Origin: Deltaproteobacteria bacterium TL4
GTDB lineage: Bacteria > SAR324 > NAC60-12
Assembly (NCBI GenBank): GCA_051382335.1
Contig: JBBCAX010000414.1
Coordinates: 1-22,600 of the forward strand
Length of the DNA: 22,600 nucleotides
Direction: 5' to 3'
Part shown: piece after piece, positions 9,748 through 19,149 of the stretch
How positions within the stretch are numbered: the stretch's first letter is position 1
Layout of the letters: the number at the start of each line of letters is the position of its first letter
Notes under the pieces: generated by a model
What the model was told of the DNA's origin: nothing
Database searches by the model: none
What the model saw: the letters and a program-made list of their open reading frames with translations, nothing else
Program-made: the position numbers and the translations under genes

Positions 9748-12700
9748 ATGCTTAAGATTCAGGGATTTCAAATAACGGAACAATTGCATGAAAGTGATCA
9801 TTCTTTGGTCTTTCGTGGAATCCGTGAGTCGGACCGACTTCCCGTCATACTGAGGGTTTTAAAAAGGGACTATCCCACGCCTGAAGAAATTTCACGTTTT
9901 AAAAAAGCGTATGAATTAGCGCGTAATCTTGAACTGGACGGTGTCATCAAAGTTTATAGTCTGGAACCTTATAAGAACACATTTGCCATGATCTTGGAGG
10001 ATTTTGGTGGAAAATCTCTGAGCAAAATATTTCAAAGTGAGGCCATCGACTCACGCCGGTTTTTAGAACTTGTGATCAACATCACCACGATCTTGGGCCA
10101 GATTCATCAAGAGCAAATCATTTATAAGGACATCAACCCTTCGAATATTGTTTGGAACGCCAGCAGTAATCAAATTAAATTCACCGATTTTGCGATTTCA
10201 ACCAAAATGTCCCGTGAGATGCCGTCTCTGCATAAAATCAATGTTCTTGAAGGTTCTGTGATGTATATTTCCCCTGAACAAACGGGTCGTGTCCATCGAA
10301 AAATTGATTATCGCTCCGACCTTTATTCCCTTGGAGCGACATTCTATTATCTGCTCACTTTAAAACCTCCTTTTGAAGTCACAGATCCCTTGGAATTAGT
10401 GCATTGTCACCTTGCTAAATTCCCTCAGCCGCCTGCGGAGTTGAATCCTGAAATTCCTAAAATACTATCCGATATCGTATTAAAACTAATGGCTAAAGAT
10501 CCTGACAATCGTTATCAAAGCACTTTTGGGCTAAAAGCGGATCTCAGACGTTGTTTGGAGCAGCTCAAAAACGGACATCCCCTAGAGTCCTTTGTGTTAG
10601 GGAGCCAGGATGTTTCTGACACTTTTCAAATTCCTCCGAAAGTTTTTGGACGTGCAGAGGAAATGAATCAATTAGCGCAGGTATTTAGTCGAGTAGAGCA
10701 AGGAGACAAAGCCTGCTGTTTGATTACGGGAAAGCCTGGTATTGGGAAAACCACATTGGTTCAATCGTTTAAAAAAAGTATCATTGATAAACCAGGTTTT
10801 TTTATTTCAGGAAGCTTCAGTCCCCTGCATCAAAATGTTCCCTACGCTCCGCTGGCGCAAGCCTTTCAAAAGTTAATCCGCAAAATTTTAGTAGGGAGTG
10901 AGGATCAGGTTTCTGAGTGGAAACGTCAATTGCTCAAAGTGCTTGGGCCTAATGGTCAAGTGCTCATTGATGTAATTCCCGAGGTCGAATTAATTATAGG
11001 CCAGCAACCCCCGGTTCCCGAGCTTGAATCCGCTGAACGTCATCATCGGTTTATTTGGGTTTTTCAGAATTTTGTAAGCCTCTTTGCCCATAATAATCAG
11101 CCTCTCATTTTATTTTTGGATGATTTGCAATGGGCCACGTTGCCCTCCCTAAAATTGATTGAATGCTTACTGACTGCCCCCAAAGAACACTATTTTTTGG
11201 TCATAGGAGCCTACAGGGATCATGAAATCGCGCCAGCGCACCCCTTGAACCAGATTTTGGAAACGCTTGCGGCCGAGGATCTTCTGAGTGCGCCCATTCA
11301 AATGCTTTCTTTACGGGAGCCTGAGCTGACACAACTGCTTTCAGAAACCCTGGTTCATTCTCCCAAAGACCTTCATTCCTTATCCTTTCTTTGTCTGCAA
11401 AAAACCAACGGAAATCCTTTCTTTCTCCATCAATTCCTAAACTCGCTTTATCAAAACCAAATCATACAATTTGATGGAGAATATGGCCTGTGGACATGGG
11501 ATTTAGATCGTGTTCGTCAAGCGCAGATGACGGACAATGTTGTTGAAATGATGCTGGGCAAAATCAAGCAACTGTCTGAAGAAACACAAATAGTGATGAA
11601 ACTTGCGGCATGTATTGGAAATCCCTTTGACCTTAAGACACTCTCGGTGCTTTATGAAAAAACGCTTCAGGAAACAGCCGATGAGCTATGGGGGGGCCTC
11701 CGTGAGGAGTTGGTAACGCTTGAGGGCGATCGTTCTTATGACACCCTGTCGGAAAATGGCGAATTTGTTGAAAGAACAGAAGCGGTCCTGTCTCAGACGA
11801 CAGCTCAAAGTGAGCTCAGGAGAGAAGTTCTTCCCGAACAACTGGTCTATCGATTTTCTCATGAACAGGTCTGGAAAAGCCTTTATGGGTTAATTGAAAA
11901 TCAAGAAAGAAAACAGATCCACCTAAGGATAGGTCGGTTGCTTGCGTCTCATTCAGAGGCAATTAAAAATAAGCACAAGTTATTTGAAATCGTGAAGCAT
12001 CTCAATGAAAGTTATGAGTTAATCCAGGAGCCGGTGGAGAGACAATGGTTAGCCAAATTGAATTTATCCGTCGCTCAAACCATAAAAAACTCCGCCGATC
12101 ACGAAATGACCTTTCATTATCTCCAAATTGCGTTGAACTTATTGAACCCTGACTCTTGGCAGAAGGCTTATGAGCTGACGTTGTCTATTTATGAAGAAAC
12201 CGCGGAATCCGCTTTTTTAAATGGAGCTTTCACTCAAATGGAGCACTTGGCTGAAACGATACTACAAGAAGCGATCAGCACTTTAGATAAAGTTCGAATT
12301 TATGAAATCAAAATCGGGGCTTATGTTTCGGCGGGAAGGACGGAGGAGGCTATTCAACAGGCACTGGAAATTTTAGCGTTATTAGGACGAACTTACCCCG
12401 AACACCCCAAAAGGCATCAATTGGAGCACTCACTTGTCCGTACTCGATTGGCATTAGCGGGTATTGGAAAAATCGAAGAATTGATGAACTTACCTGTGAT
12501 GAAAGACCCGTGCAAACAGGCAATTTTAAAGGTTGGATTTAAAATTGCGATGGCGCTTTTTAACTCCGCACCGGAGTTGTTAATTCTCATGGTACTGGAT
12601 CGTGTCAGAATATCCATTCGACATGGCCTTGCGCCTCTATCCGCTCATAGTTTTGCTGAATATGGCATGTTTTTATGTGGTGCTGTTGGAGATTATGAAA

Positions 12701-15189
12701 CAGGTCATAAATTCGGGCAACTGGCATTGTCGCTGGCACAAAAACAAGGAAATATCGATAGCCTTCCCGGCATCCTGTATATTGTCAACGCTTGCATTCG
12801 ACCGTGGAAAGAGTCAGTCCAGCAAACATTAGAACCTTTGAAACAGGCTTTTCAGGTTGGTTTGGATAACGGCACTGTCGAATATGCGGCAATGGCTGCA
12901 ATGTCCTACTGTGCCTACGCTTTCTATTATGGCAAGGAGTTGAAAGCCTTAATCAAGGAGACCGAAAAGTATAGCGAACTGATTCTGCGAACTCAGCAGC
13001 ATTCCGCACTTCATTTTCATCAAATGACTCATCAGGTAATGGCTAATTTATTAGGACAGAATCAAGACCCCACACGTTTGGAAGGGGAGTTTTACAGCGA
13101 AGAGCAAGGGCGCCAACTCTGTTTAATGAAACAGATTCGGCCTGCCCTGGGATTGCTCTATTTGCATAAAATATTTCTCTGTTACTTGCTCCAGGACCTG
13201 ACGCAAGCACAGGAACACTCAGAAACGGGTAAAGCTTATTTGGAGGGTTTAACCGGAACACTCGGCTACCCCGAATATTTGTTCTATGACTCCCTGGTTC
13301 AGTTAATGCCCGCCACAGGTTTTCCTCACAAACTGAATATGATTCGCGCGCTCAGTCATGTGAATTCGAATCAGTCCAAAATGAAAAAATGGGCTCACCA
13401 CGCTCCTTCAAACTATGATCATAAATATTATTTGATCGAAGCCGAGTTAGCACGTGTTTTAGATAAAAAAAATACGGCCATCAAATTCTATGACCAGGCG
13501 ATCCATCTCGCCCACAAACAGGGCTACTTGATTGAAGAGGCCTTAGCCAATGAGCTGACCGCGAAATTTTATCTGGGTCTTGGAAAAGAAACCATTGCCA
13601 AGGTTTATATGAAGGAAGCTCATTACCTTTATCTCAAGTGGGGAGGAATCATCAAGGTGATGCAATTAGAAAAAGATCATCCTCAACTGTTATCCATGTA
13701 CGCGTTAAGTACACGAGGCAGTGGTGATGATATCAAAACGTTCACCGCTTCAGAAGAAGTCTCCAGCGCCATGGATCTCAGTTCTGTAATGAAAGCCTCT
13801 CAGATCCTCTCCAGTGAAGTCCATTTGGATGAATTATTGAAAAAACTGATTAAGATTGTCATTGAAAATGCTGGCGCACAAAGAGGTTGTTTACTGCTTG
13901 AAAATAAAAATCAGTGGTTTATTGAAGCCGAAGGTCATGTGGATCAAGAAGAAGTTACCGTACTTCAATCGAGACCACTAACCCTGGCGGAAAACAACCA
14001 CACCGCACATCTTCCTGTTTCCCTCATTAACTATGTAATCCGGACACATGAACCCGTCATCCTGAAGGACGCATCGCATGAAGGCGAATTTAGCCATGAA
14101 ATGGATGTGAGCCAAAATCAATTAAAATCAGTTTTATGTATTCCCTTGCTCAACCAAAGACAATTAACCGGTGTTTTGTACTTGGAAAACAATCTGGCAA
14201 CCTATGCGTTCACTCAAAATCGGATGGAAATGCTGGTGCTCCTTTCCTCGCAGATCGCGATTTCTATTGAAAACGCCCGCCTTTATAACAGCTTGCGTGA
14301 AGCGCTCAATCATCAGGTGGAATTAACCAATTCCTACAGTCGTTTTGTTCCGGATGCGTTACTGAATTTTTTGGAAAAAGAAAGTATTGTGGATGTTGAG
14401 TTGGGAGATCAGGTCGAAAAGGACATGACGATTATGTTTACCGATATCCGGGATTTTACCAGCCTCTCTGAAAAAATGACGCCTCAAGAAAATTTTCATT
14501 TCATCAATGCCTATCTTAGTGAAATGGAACCCCTGATTGATCGTCACCAGGGCGTGATCGATAAATATATTGGCGATGCGATCATGGCCCTGTTTCCAAG
14601 CAATGCGGATGATGCGTTAAAGAGCGCAATCGCCATGCTTTGTCACTTGGCGCAATATAACCAGGAACAAAGTCATCGGAGCGATCCGATTCGAATTGGT
14701 ATTGGTTTAAACACAGGTCCCCTGATGCTTGGGACCATTGGAGGAAAAAACCGGATGGACGCAACGGTGATCAGTGACGCGGTCAACTTGGCGGCTCGTC
14801 TTGAAGGCATGACTAAACTTTACGGAGCTTCCTTATTGATTAGTGAATATACCCTCAACCGGCTGGTTGATCCTAAAGCGTATTTAATTCGTTTTATTGA
14901 TATGGTGAAAGTTAAAGGAAAAAGTGACCCTGTTCGTGTTTATGACGTCTTTGATGGAGCGCTGCCTGAAGTTCAAAAGCGGAAAATGGCAACATTGAAG
15001 GAATTTGAAGAAGGCGTGTCGCTTTATCAACAGCGCGAATTTGAGAAAGCCAAAAATTTCTTTAAGGAATGCCAAAAAAAAGACCCCAAGGACAAGGCCA
15101 CAGAAATTTATATTCAACGGTGTGATCACTATCTGAGAGTGGGTTGGGATGACGCCTGGGATGGGGTGATCCAACTGGAACATAAATAG
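9748..15189 (+). CDS. Multidomain Ser/Thr kinase-like / P-loop (AAA/STAND-like) ATPase / helical region / GAF / class III adenylate cyclase
   Basis: Kinase-like motifs YKDINPSNI, YISPEQTGR and DYRSDLYSLG; Walker A GKPGIGKT and Walker B LFLDDLQW; GAF (SVLCIPL...GVLYLENN); cyclase motifs FTDIRDFT, DKYIGDAIMALF and TVISDAVNLAARLE. Start moved from the track's TTG 9589 to the in-frame ATG 9748, which follows an AAGGAG RBS. Confidence 0.92.
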   Translation: MLKIQGFQITEQLHESDHSLVFRGIRESDRLPVILRVLKRDYPTPEEISRFKKAYELARNLELDGVIKVYSLEPYKNTFAMILEDFGGKSLSKIFQSEAIDSRRFLELVINITTILGQIHQEQIIYKDINPSNIVWNASSNQIKFTDFAISTKMSREMPSLHKINVLEGSVMYISPEQTGRVHRKIDYRSDLYSLGATFYYLLTLKPPFEVTDPLELVHCHLAKFPQPPAELNPEIPKILSDIVLKLMAKDPDNRYQSTFGLKADLRRCLEQLKNGHPLESFVLGSQDVSDTFQIPPKVFGRAEEMNQLAQVFSRVEQGDKACCLITGKPGIGKTTLVQSFKKSIIDKPGFFISGSFSPLHQNVPYAPLAQAFQKLIRKILVGSEDQVSEWKRQLLKVLGPNGQVLIDVIPEVELIIGQQPPVPELESAERHHRFIWVFQNFVSLFAHNNQPLILFLDDLQWATLPSLKLIECLLTAPKEHYFLVIGAYRDHEIAPAHPLNQILETLAAEDLLSAPIQMLSLREPELTQLLSETLVHSPKDLHSLSFLCLQKTNGNPFFLHQFLNSLYQNQIIQFDGEYGLWTWDLDRVRQAQMTDNVVEMMLGKIKQLSEETQIVMKLAACIGNPFDLKTLSVLYEKTLQETADELWGGLREELVTLEGDRSYDTLSENGEFVERTEAVLSQTTAQSELRREVLPEQLVYRFSHEQVWKSLYGLIENQERKQIHLRIGRLLASHSEAIKNKHKLFEIVKHLNESYELIQEPVERQWLAKLNLSVAQTIKNSADHEMTFHYLQIALNLLNPDSWQKAYELTLSIYEETAESAFLNGAFTQMEHLAETILQEAISTLDKVRIYEIKIGAYVSAGRTEEAIQQALEILALLGRTYPEHPKRHQLEHSLVRTRLALAGIGKIEELMNLPVMKDPCKQAILKVGFKIAMALFNSAPELLILMVLDRVRISIRHGLAPLSAHSFAEYGMFLCGAVGDYETGHKFGQLALSLAQKQGNIDSLPGILYIVNACIRPWKESVQQTLEPLKQAFQVGLDNGTVEYAAMAAMSYCAYAFYYGKELKALIKETEKYSELILRTQQHSALHFHQMTHQVMANLLGQNQDPTRLEGEFYSEEQGRQLCLMKQIRPALGLLYLHKIFLCYLLQDLTQAQEHSETGKAYLEGLTGTLGYPEYLFYDSLVQLMPATGFPHKLNMIRALSHVNSNQSKMKKWAHHAPSNYDHKYYLIEAELARVLDKKNTAIKFYDQAIHLAHKQGYLIEEALANELTAKFYLGLGKETIAKVYMKEAHYLYLKWGGIIKVMQLEKDHPQLLSMYALSTRGSGDDIKTFTASEEVSSAMDLSSVMKASQILSSEVHLDELLKKLIKIVIENAGAQRGCLLLENKNQWFIEAEGHVDQEEVTVLQSRPLTLAENNHTAHLPVSLINYVIRTHEPVILKDASHEGEFSHEMDVSQNQLKSVLCIPLLNQRQLTGVLYLENNLATYAFTQNRMEMLVLLSSQIAISIENARLYNSLREALNHQVELTNSYSRFVPDALLNFLEKESIVDVELGDQVEKDMTIMFTDIRDFTSLSEKMTPQENFHFINAYLSEMEPLIDRHQGVIDKYIGDAIMALFPSNADDALKSAIAMLCHLAQYNQEQSHRSDPIRIGIGLNTGPLMLGTIGGKNRMDATVISDAVNLAARLEGMTKLYGASLLISEYTLNRLVDPKAYLIRFIDMVKVKGKSDPVRVYDVFDGALPEVQKRKMATLKEFEEGVSLYQQREFEKAKNFFKECQKKDPKDKATEIYIQRCDHYLRVGWDDAWDGVIQLEHK

Positions 15190-15194
15190 AAAAG

Positions 15195-15231
15195 GTAAGG
15201 ACGCTCCCCGAACTTCAGTGGAGGTCCTTAC
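15195..15231. terminator. Hairpin between convergent genes (possible bidirectional terminator or REP-like palindrome)
   Basis: GTAAGGAC (15195-15202) pairs with GTCCTTAC (15224-15231), with an inner CTCC/GGAG pair. Starts 5 nt after the cyclase stop codon; no strong U-tract. Confidence 0.4.
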
Positions 15232-15275
15232 TCTTGAGATTTATCAAATATCCACGTTGGGAACGTCCCCCCTGC

Positions 15276-16874
15276 TTATTTGCTCCAATCCCGATCTTTG
15301 GCTTCCTCAATGTAACTCATCGCATGTTCCGTCAAGGCGGTAATTGTAAGACTGGGGTTTACCCCCAAATTAGCACTGACGATACTTCCGTCACAAACAT
15401 AGAGATTTTTATAATTAAAAACCCTGCATTTCATGTCGATGACACCTTTTTCGGGTCGGGATCCCATCGTTACTCCACCCAGGATGTGCGCGCTTGTTGG
15501 AACTTCTAACAGAATTTCAGTCAAAGATGTACCCAAAACGCCTTTAAATTGCTTGGCCATATTTTGAGCAAAACGGTTGGCTTGTGGAATGGTTGCAGGA
15601 ACCTTTGCTCCTTCGGTGACCAATATTTTATGTTTACTCAAAAGAGACAGTTTTTTATAGCGGATCCTCAAACGAACATCTTTGGTTTGCATCACCAGCA
15701 GCAGAACCGTGTGCTTTGCCCAGCCGATGGGATTTAAATCTCTTAGCAAATTAAGTGGATGTTGTTTTACCTCTTTTAACCAATCGGTGAAACGATGATT
15801 CCCCTCTTGTTCCGGCAGCAGCGTGGCAATGCTTGCCAGCGCGTCTGAACCTTTCGGATAACGAACCGCCTCGATATGGGTTTCTTCATCGATGAAAATA
15901 CTGGAACCTATGGCAATGCCATCACTGATGTCCGTATCTTTATCTTCCAAGGTCAGAGACAAGATCGCTTCGGAATTAGTCCGAACATAATTTCCTAATT
16001 CATCACTGATTTTTGGCAGATTTCCATTTTGCTTGTTTTCAAACAGGAGCGGAAGTGTCCCCAGAACGCCTCCAGCAAGGATCACCCCTTTGGCTCGAAA
16101 TTTCTTTTTCTTTTTGAATTGTCCTAGAGACGAGACGGTATGAATTTCATATCCGTCTTTTCCATTGGTATTGTAGATGGGTCTGATTTCCGTCACCGTC
16201 GTTTCAGGCATAATGACTGCACCATTTTTTTCCGCGAAATAGAGATAATTTTTATCCAAAGTATTTTTCGAATTATTTCGACAACCCACCATACACCCAC
16301 CACAGAAATTGCAGCCTGTCCTCTCGGGGCCTTTTCCACCAAAGTAAGGGTCCGGTTCGGTTTTATCTTTCTTGCCAAAGTAGATGCCAACTTCAGTGGG
16401 TTGAAAAGTATTCCCAAAACCTTGGGCCTCCGCAGCGGCTCTCAACATTTTGTCGGCCTTGCCAATATACAGATTCGTGGTCACCCCAAGCATCTTTTGG
16501 GCAATTTCATAGTATTTGGGCATGACGGTCTTCCAATCTTGCAGTTTAGCCCAGCGTAGGTCATCCCACACTTTGTCTGGAGGGACATAAAGCGTACATG
16601 CATAACCTAGGGAACCTCCTCCGACGCCCACACCTGATAAAATAAACGCGTGTTTGAAAACCGTCATTTTGAGAATTCCGTGTAATCCCATCTGGGGTAG
16701 CCAGAAAAACTTTTTCAGGTTCCAATTGGATTTTGTAAAATCCTTGGCATGGTACCGTTTTCCGGCTTCTATCACCCCGACTCGATAGCCTTTCTCGCTC
16801 AAGCGCATGGCTGAAACGGATCCACCAAATCCGGAACCAATTACAATAAAATCATAGTCGTATTGTTCTCCCAT
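15276..16874 (-). CDS. GMC-family FAD oxidoreductase, cholesterol oxidase (ChoD)-like
   Basis: Rossmann motif IGSGFGGSVSAMRL, then GVGGGSL, CNFCGGCMVGC...KNTLDKNYL, SAHILGG and DGS...NLGVNPSLTITAL. Confidence 0.9.
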   Translation of the reverse strand: MGEQYDYDFIVIGSGFGGSVSAMRLSEKGYRVGVIEAGKRYHAKDFTKSNWNLKKFFWLPQMGLHGILKMTVFKHAFILSGVGVGGGSLGYACTLYVPPDKVWDDLRWAKLQDWKTVMPKYYEIAQKMLGVTTNLYIGKADKMLRAAAEAQGFGNTFQPTEVGIYFGKKDKTEPDPYFGGKGPERTGCNFCGGCMVGCRNNSKNTLDKNYLYFAEKNGAVIMPETTVTEIRPIYNTNGKDGYEIHTVSSLGQFKKKKKFRAKGVILAGGVLGTLPLLFENKQNGNLPKISDELGNYVRTNSEAILSLTLEDKDTDISDGIAIGSSIFIDEETHIEAVRYPKGSDALASIATLLPEQEGNHRFTDWLKEVKQHPLNLLRDLNPIGWAKHTVLLLVMQTKDVRLRIRYKKLSLLSKHKILVTEGAKVPATIPQANRFAQNMAKQFKGVLGTSLTEILLEVPTSAHILGGVTMGSRPEKGVIDMKCRVFNYKNLYVCDGSIVSANLGVNPSLTITALTEHAMSYIEEAKDRDWSK

Positions 16875-17069
16875 ATTTTCCTTTCATATAACATAATTAA
16901 CTCCAGTTCCGGTTAAGCCTATCCCTACCCGCCAGGGACCTTTGCCAGAAAACCAAACACTTCCCCAACCATCCCCATGAACCACAGTGCATCGCATTTC
17001 AAGTGATGCTGTCTCTTCGTTACTTCTCAAACCACAACGATTTTCCACGTTTGGTGCAAAAATGGAACT

Positions 17070-17801
17070 TCACAGTTTCTTTTTAGATCTTACAAAGATT
17101 TTTGTGTAGGAAGCTTCCTTGACTTCATTGATTTCAAAAAGTTCCGTTGCTTCAAGTAAGGGTTTCAATTTTTGATAGCCATAATTTCTAGGATCAAAAT
17201 CAGGGGAGTTTTTACTGATTTGTTGTCCAATTTGAGCTAAATGGGCCCAGCCCTCTTCATCAGCGCAGGACTCATTCGCGCCTCTCAATAAGGTAACCAA
17301 CTTGGTGTCCTGTTTTAGCTTTTTTGCCGGTATTTCTTTCTTTTGTGGACTTTCATCTTCTTCAACAAGAATTTCTGTATAGATGAACTTGTCACAAGCG
17401 CTGACAAACGGTTTGGGTGTTTTCTTTGCGCCAAAACCGTAAACAACCAAGCCTGTTTCTCGTACACGGGTGGCCAGTCGAGTGAAATCACTATCACTTG
17501 AAACGATACAGAACCCATCAAATTTTTCTGTATAAAGCAGATCCATCGCATCAATGATCAAGGCGGAGTCTGTGGAATTCTTACCCGTTGTATAACTAAA
17601 CTGTTGGATAGGTTGAATAGCGAATTCATGAAGCTTTTCCTTCCATCCTTTCAACTGAGTTGTGGTCCAATCACCATAGGCACGCTTAACACTCGCAACA
17701 CCATATTTAGCAATTTCAGTAAGGAGTTCGGCAATTAATACCGAAGAAGTATTGTCCGAATCAATCAGTACCGCTAAGTGGTCTTGTTTTGAATTTTCCA
17801 T
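17070..17801 (-). CDS. NYN-domain (PIN-like, LabA/DUF88) protein with C-terminal OST-HTH/LOTUS domain
   Basis: NYN motifs VLIDSDN, RAYGDW, GKNSTDSALIIDAMDLL and IVSSDSDFTRLA; LOTUS-like GWAHLAQIG...FDPRNYGYQKL. Confidence 0.92.
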   Translation of the reverse strand: MENSKQDHLAVLIDSDNTSSVLIAELLTEIAKYGVASVKRAYGDWTTTQLKGWKEKLHEFAIQPIQQFSYTTGKNSTDSALIIDAMDLLYTEKFDGFCIVSSDSDFTRLATRVRETGLVVYGFGAKKTPKPFVSACDKFIYTEILVEEDESPQKKEIPAKKLKQDTKLVTLLRGANESCADEEGWAHLAQIGQQISKNSPDFDPRNYGYQKLKPLLEATELFEINEVKEASYTKIFVRSKKKL

Positions 17802-17868
17802 AAATATGCCTTTATCCTTTGGTCTTCTATACTTTAATCGGGTTAATTTTTCACTTTTGAAACTTAAG

Positions 17869-17901
17869 GTAGAGTACGGCTTAAGCGAAGCGAGCGCACC
17901 A
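17869..17901 (+). repeat. Single REP arm of the same family as 3-91
   Basis: GTAGAGTACGGCTTAAGCGAAGCGAGCGCACCA matches the reverse complement of 59-91 at 30 of 33 positions. Confidence 0.75.
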
Positions 17902-18188
17902 CAAAAATGAAGATTTCACCCATTCTGTGTATCATGAATGGATAATCTGTTCCTTACCCGCGACAAGGGACTTTATATAAAAAGATGAACTCTAGGTACT
18001 TACTAACACGCTTTGATTGAAAACGGCGAGAAAAAAACAACAGCCTGTTTTTTAAAAGTTGGTTTTTCCATAGAAAAATAGGATATACTGAGGCTTTCCC
18101 TCTCGACGTTGGATATATTTGGAAAACGCTGAATCCGAATTTTCAGATTCACAGGTCCATTTTTTGAAACCTTGCATGAAAAAAAACT

Positions 18189-18770
18189 ATGGGTATCGAA
18201 TCGCATTACCATCAAAAGAAAGGAAAGATTCTGATTGAATTGAAGTTGCAGAATATTCAGCAATTATTCAACACCCTGGATCCTTCACCTTTCTATGAAC
18301 AAGACCTGGATAACGATGCGGAAGACTACATTATGAACTCCGTCAATGACTTTTCCTTGAAGACTCCCTTAAGTTTGGTGTTGCATTTGAATCAGGAGTT
18401 ATCTGCAAAAGAAAGCCGGGATTCCTTGCGGCAGGCCATTCACAATTTTTTTAGCTATCGTGCCACCATGGCCCAACATGAACTTCGATTCACGTTACGT
18501 CAAGGGCGGATTAGTTTGTTGATCGGACTCGGATTTTTAGTATTTTGTATTATGTTACGGCAGTTGATTTCTACACTGGGAGCCAGTCCCTGGTATGATC
18601 TTCTGGCGGAAGGAAGCCTGATCAGCGGTTGGGTGGCTATGTGGTGGCCGATCCACACGTTCCTCTACGCCTGGTGGCCGATTCGGGACAAGCAAAAAAA
18701 ATTTGAAAAACTCAGTCAAATCGATGTCGAAGTCGAGATTCATTCTTCCGTTCCCCAAAAAACGGTTTAA
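18189..18770 (+). CDS. Hypothetical membrane protein with two C-terminal TM helices
   Basis: 193-aa ORF with a soluble N-terminus (QLFNTLDPSPF...DLD) and hydrophobic segments SLLIGLGFLVFCIML and SLISGWVAMWWPI. Function unknown. Confidence 0.8.
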   Translation: MGIESHYHQKKGKILIELKLQNIQQLFNTLDPSPFYEQDLDNDAEDYIMNSVNDFSLKTPLSLVLHLNQELSAKESRDSLRQAIHNFFSYRATMAQHELRFTLRQGRISLLIGLGFLVFCIMLRQLISTLGASPWYDLLAEGSLISGWVAMWWPIHTFLYAWWPIRDKQKKFEKLSQIDVEVEIHSSVPQKTV

Positions 18771-18778
18771 ACACAAAA

Positions 18779-18972
18779 TATAGATGTTCATTTAAATAAA
18801 TTCAGAAAACTCCTCCTGTTGCGAGATCCGTTTAAACAACGCTGTTTCAGGAGTGCCAAAGCTTGCTTTGGCCAGAAAAGCGAAGGCCTTTCTTGGGCTT
18901 TGGCCAAAGCTTGCTTTGGCACTCCACAGTCTGGGTTAGACTCAAAGAAATTTATTTAAATGAACGTCTATA
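18779..18972. mobile_element. 194-bp MITE-like element with 24-bp terminal inverted repeats and nested internal palindromes
   Basis: TATAGATGTTCATTTAAATAAATT (18779-18802) versus AATTTATTTAAATGAACGTCTATA (18949-18972) has 1 mismatch. Outer TA dinucleotides could be a target duplication. Non-coding, with an internal inverted pair at 18850-18874 and 18901-18925. Confidence 0.7.
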
Positions 18973-19149
18973 GCGCCCTGCAAAGAACCAAAGGTTCAGC
19001 TACCGGAAGGCTAAGGACCGCAAGCCATGGAGCGATTTTCTGGTAACAACATTTGAAATAACGCTTTAAAAGTGTTACAATCCAAACAGAAAATCAAAAA
19101 ACCAGACACTTCTTCCTCCCTTGACACCTTGAACTTGGAGGTCCTGTTT

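Noticed and set aside
17070..17801. NYN-LOTUS protein as an anti-phage or toxin-antitoxin system
   Set aside because: It is a widespread stand-alone family, and no partner gene or defence-island context is visible here.
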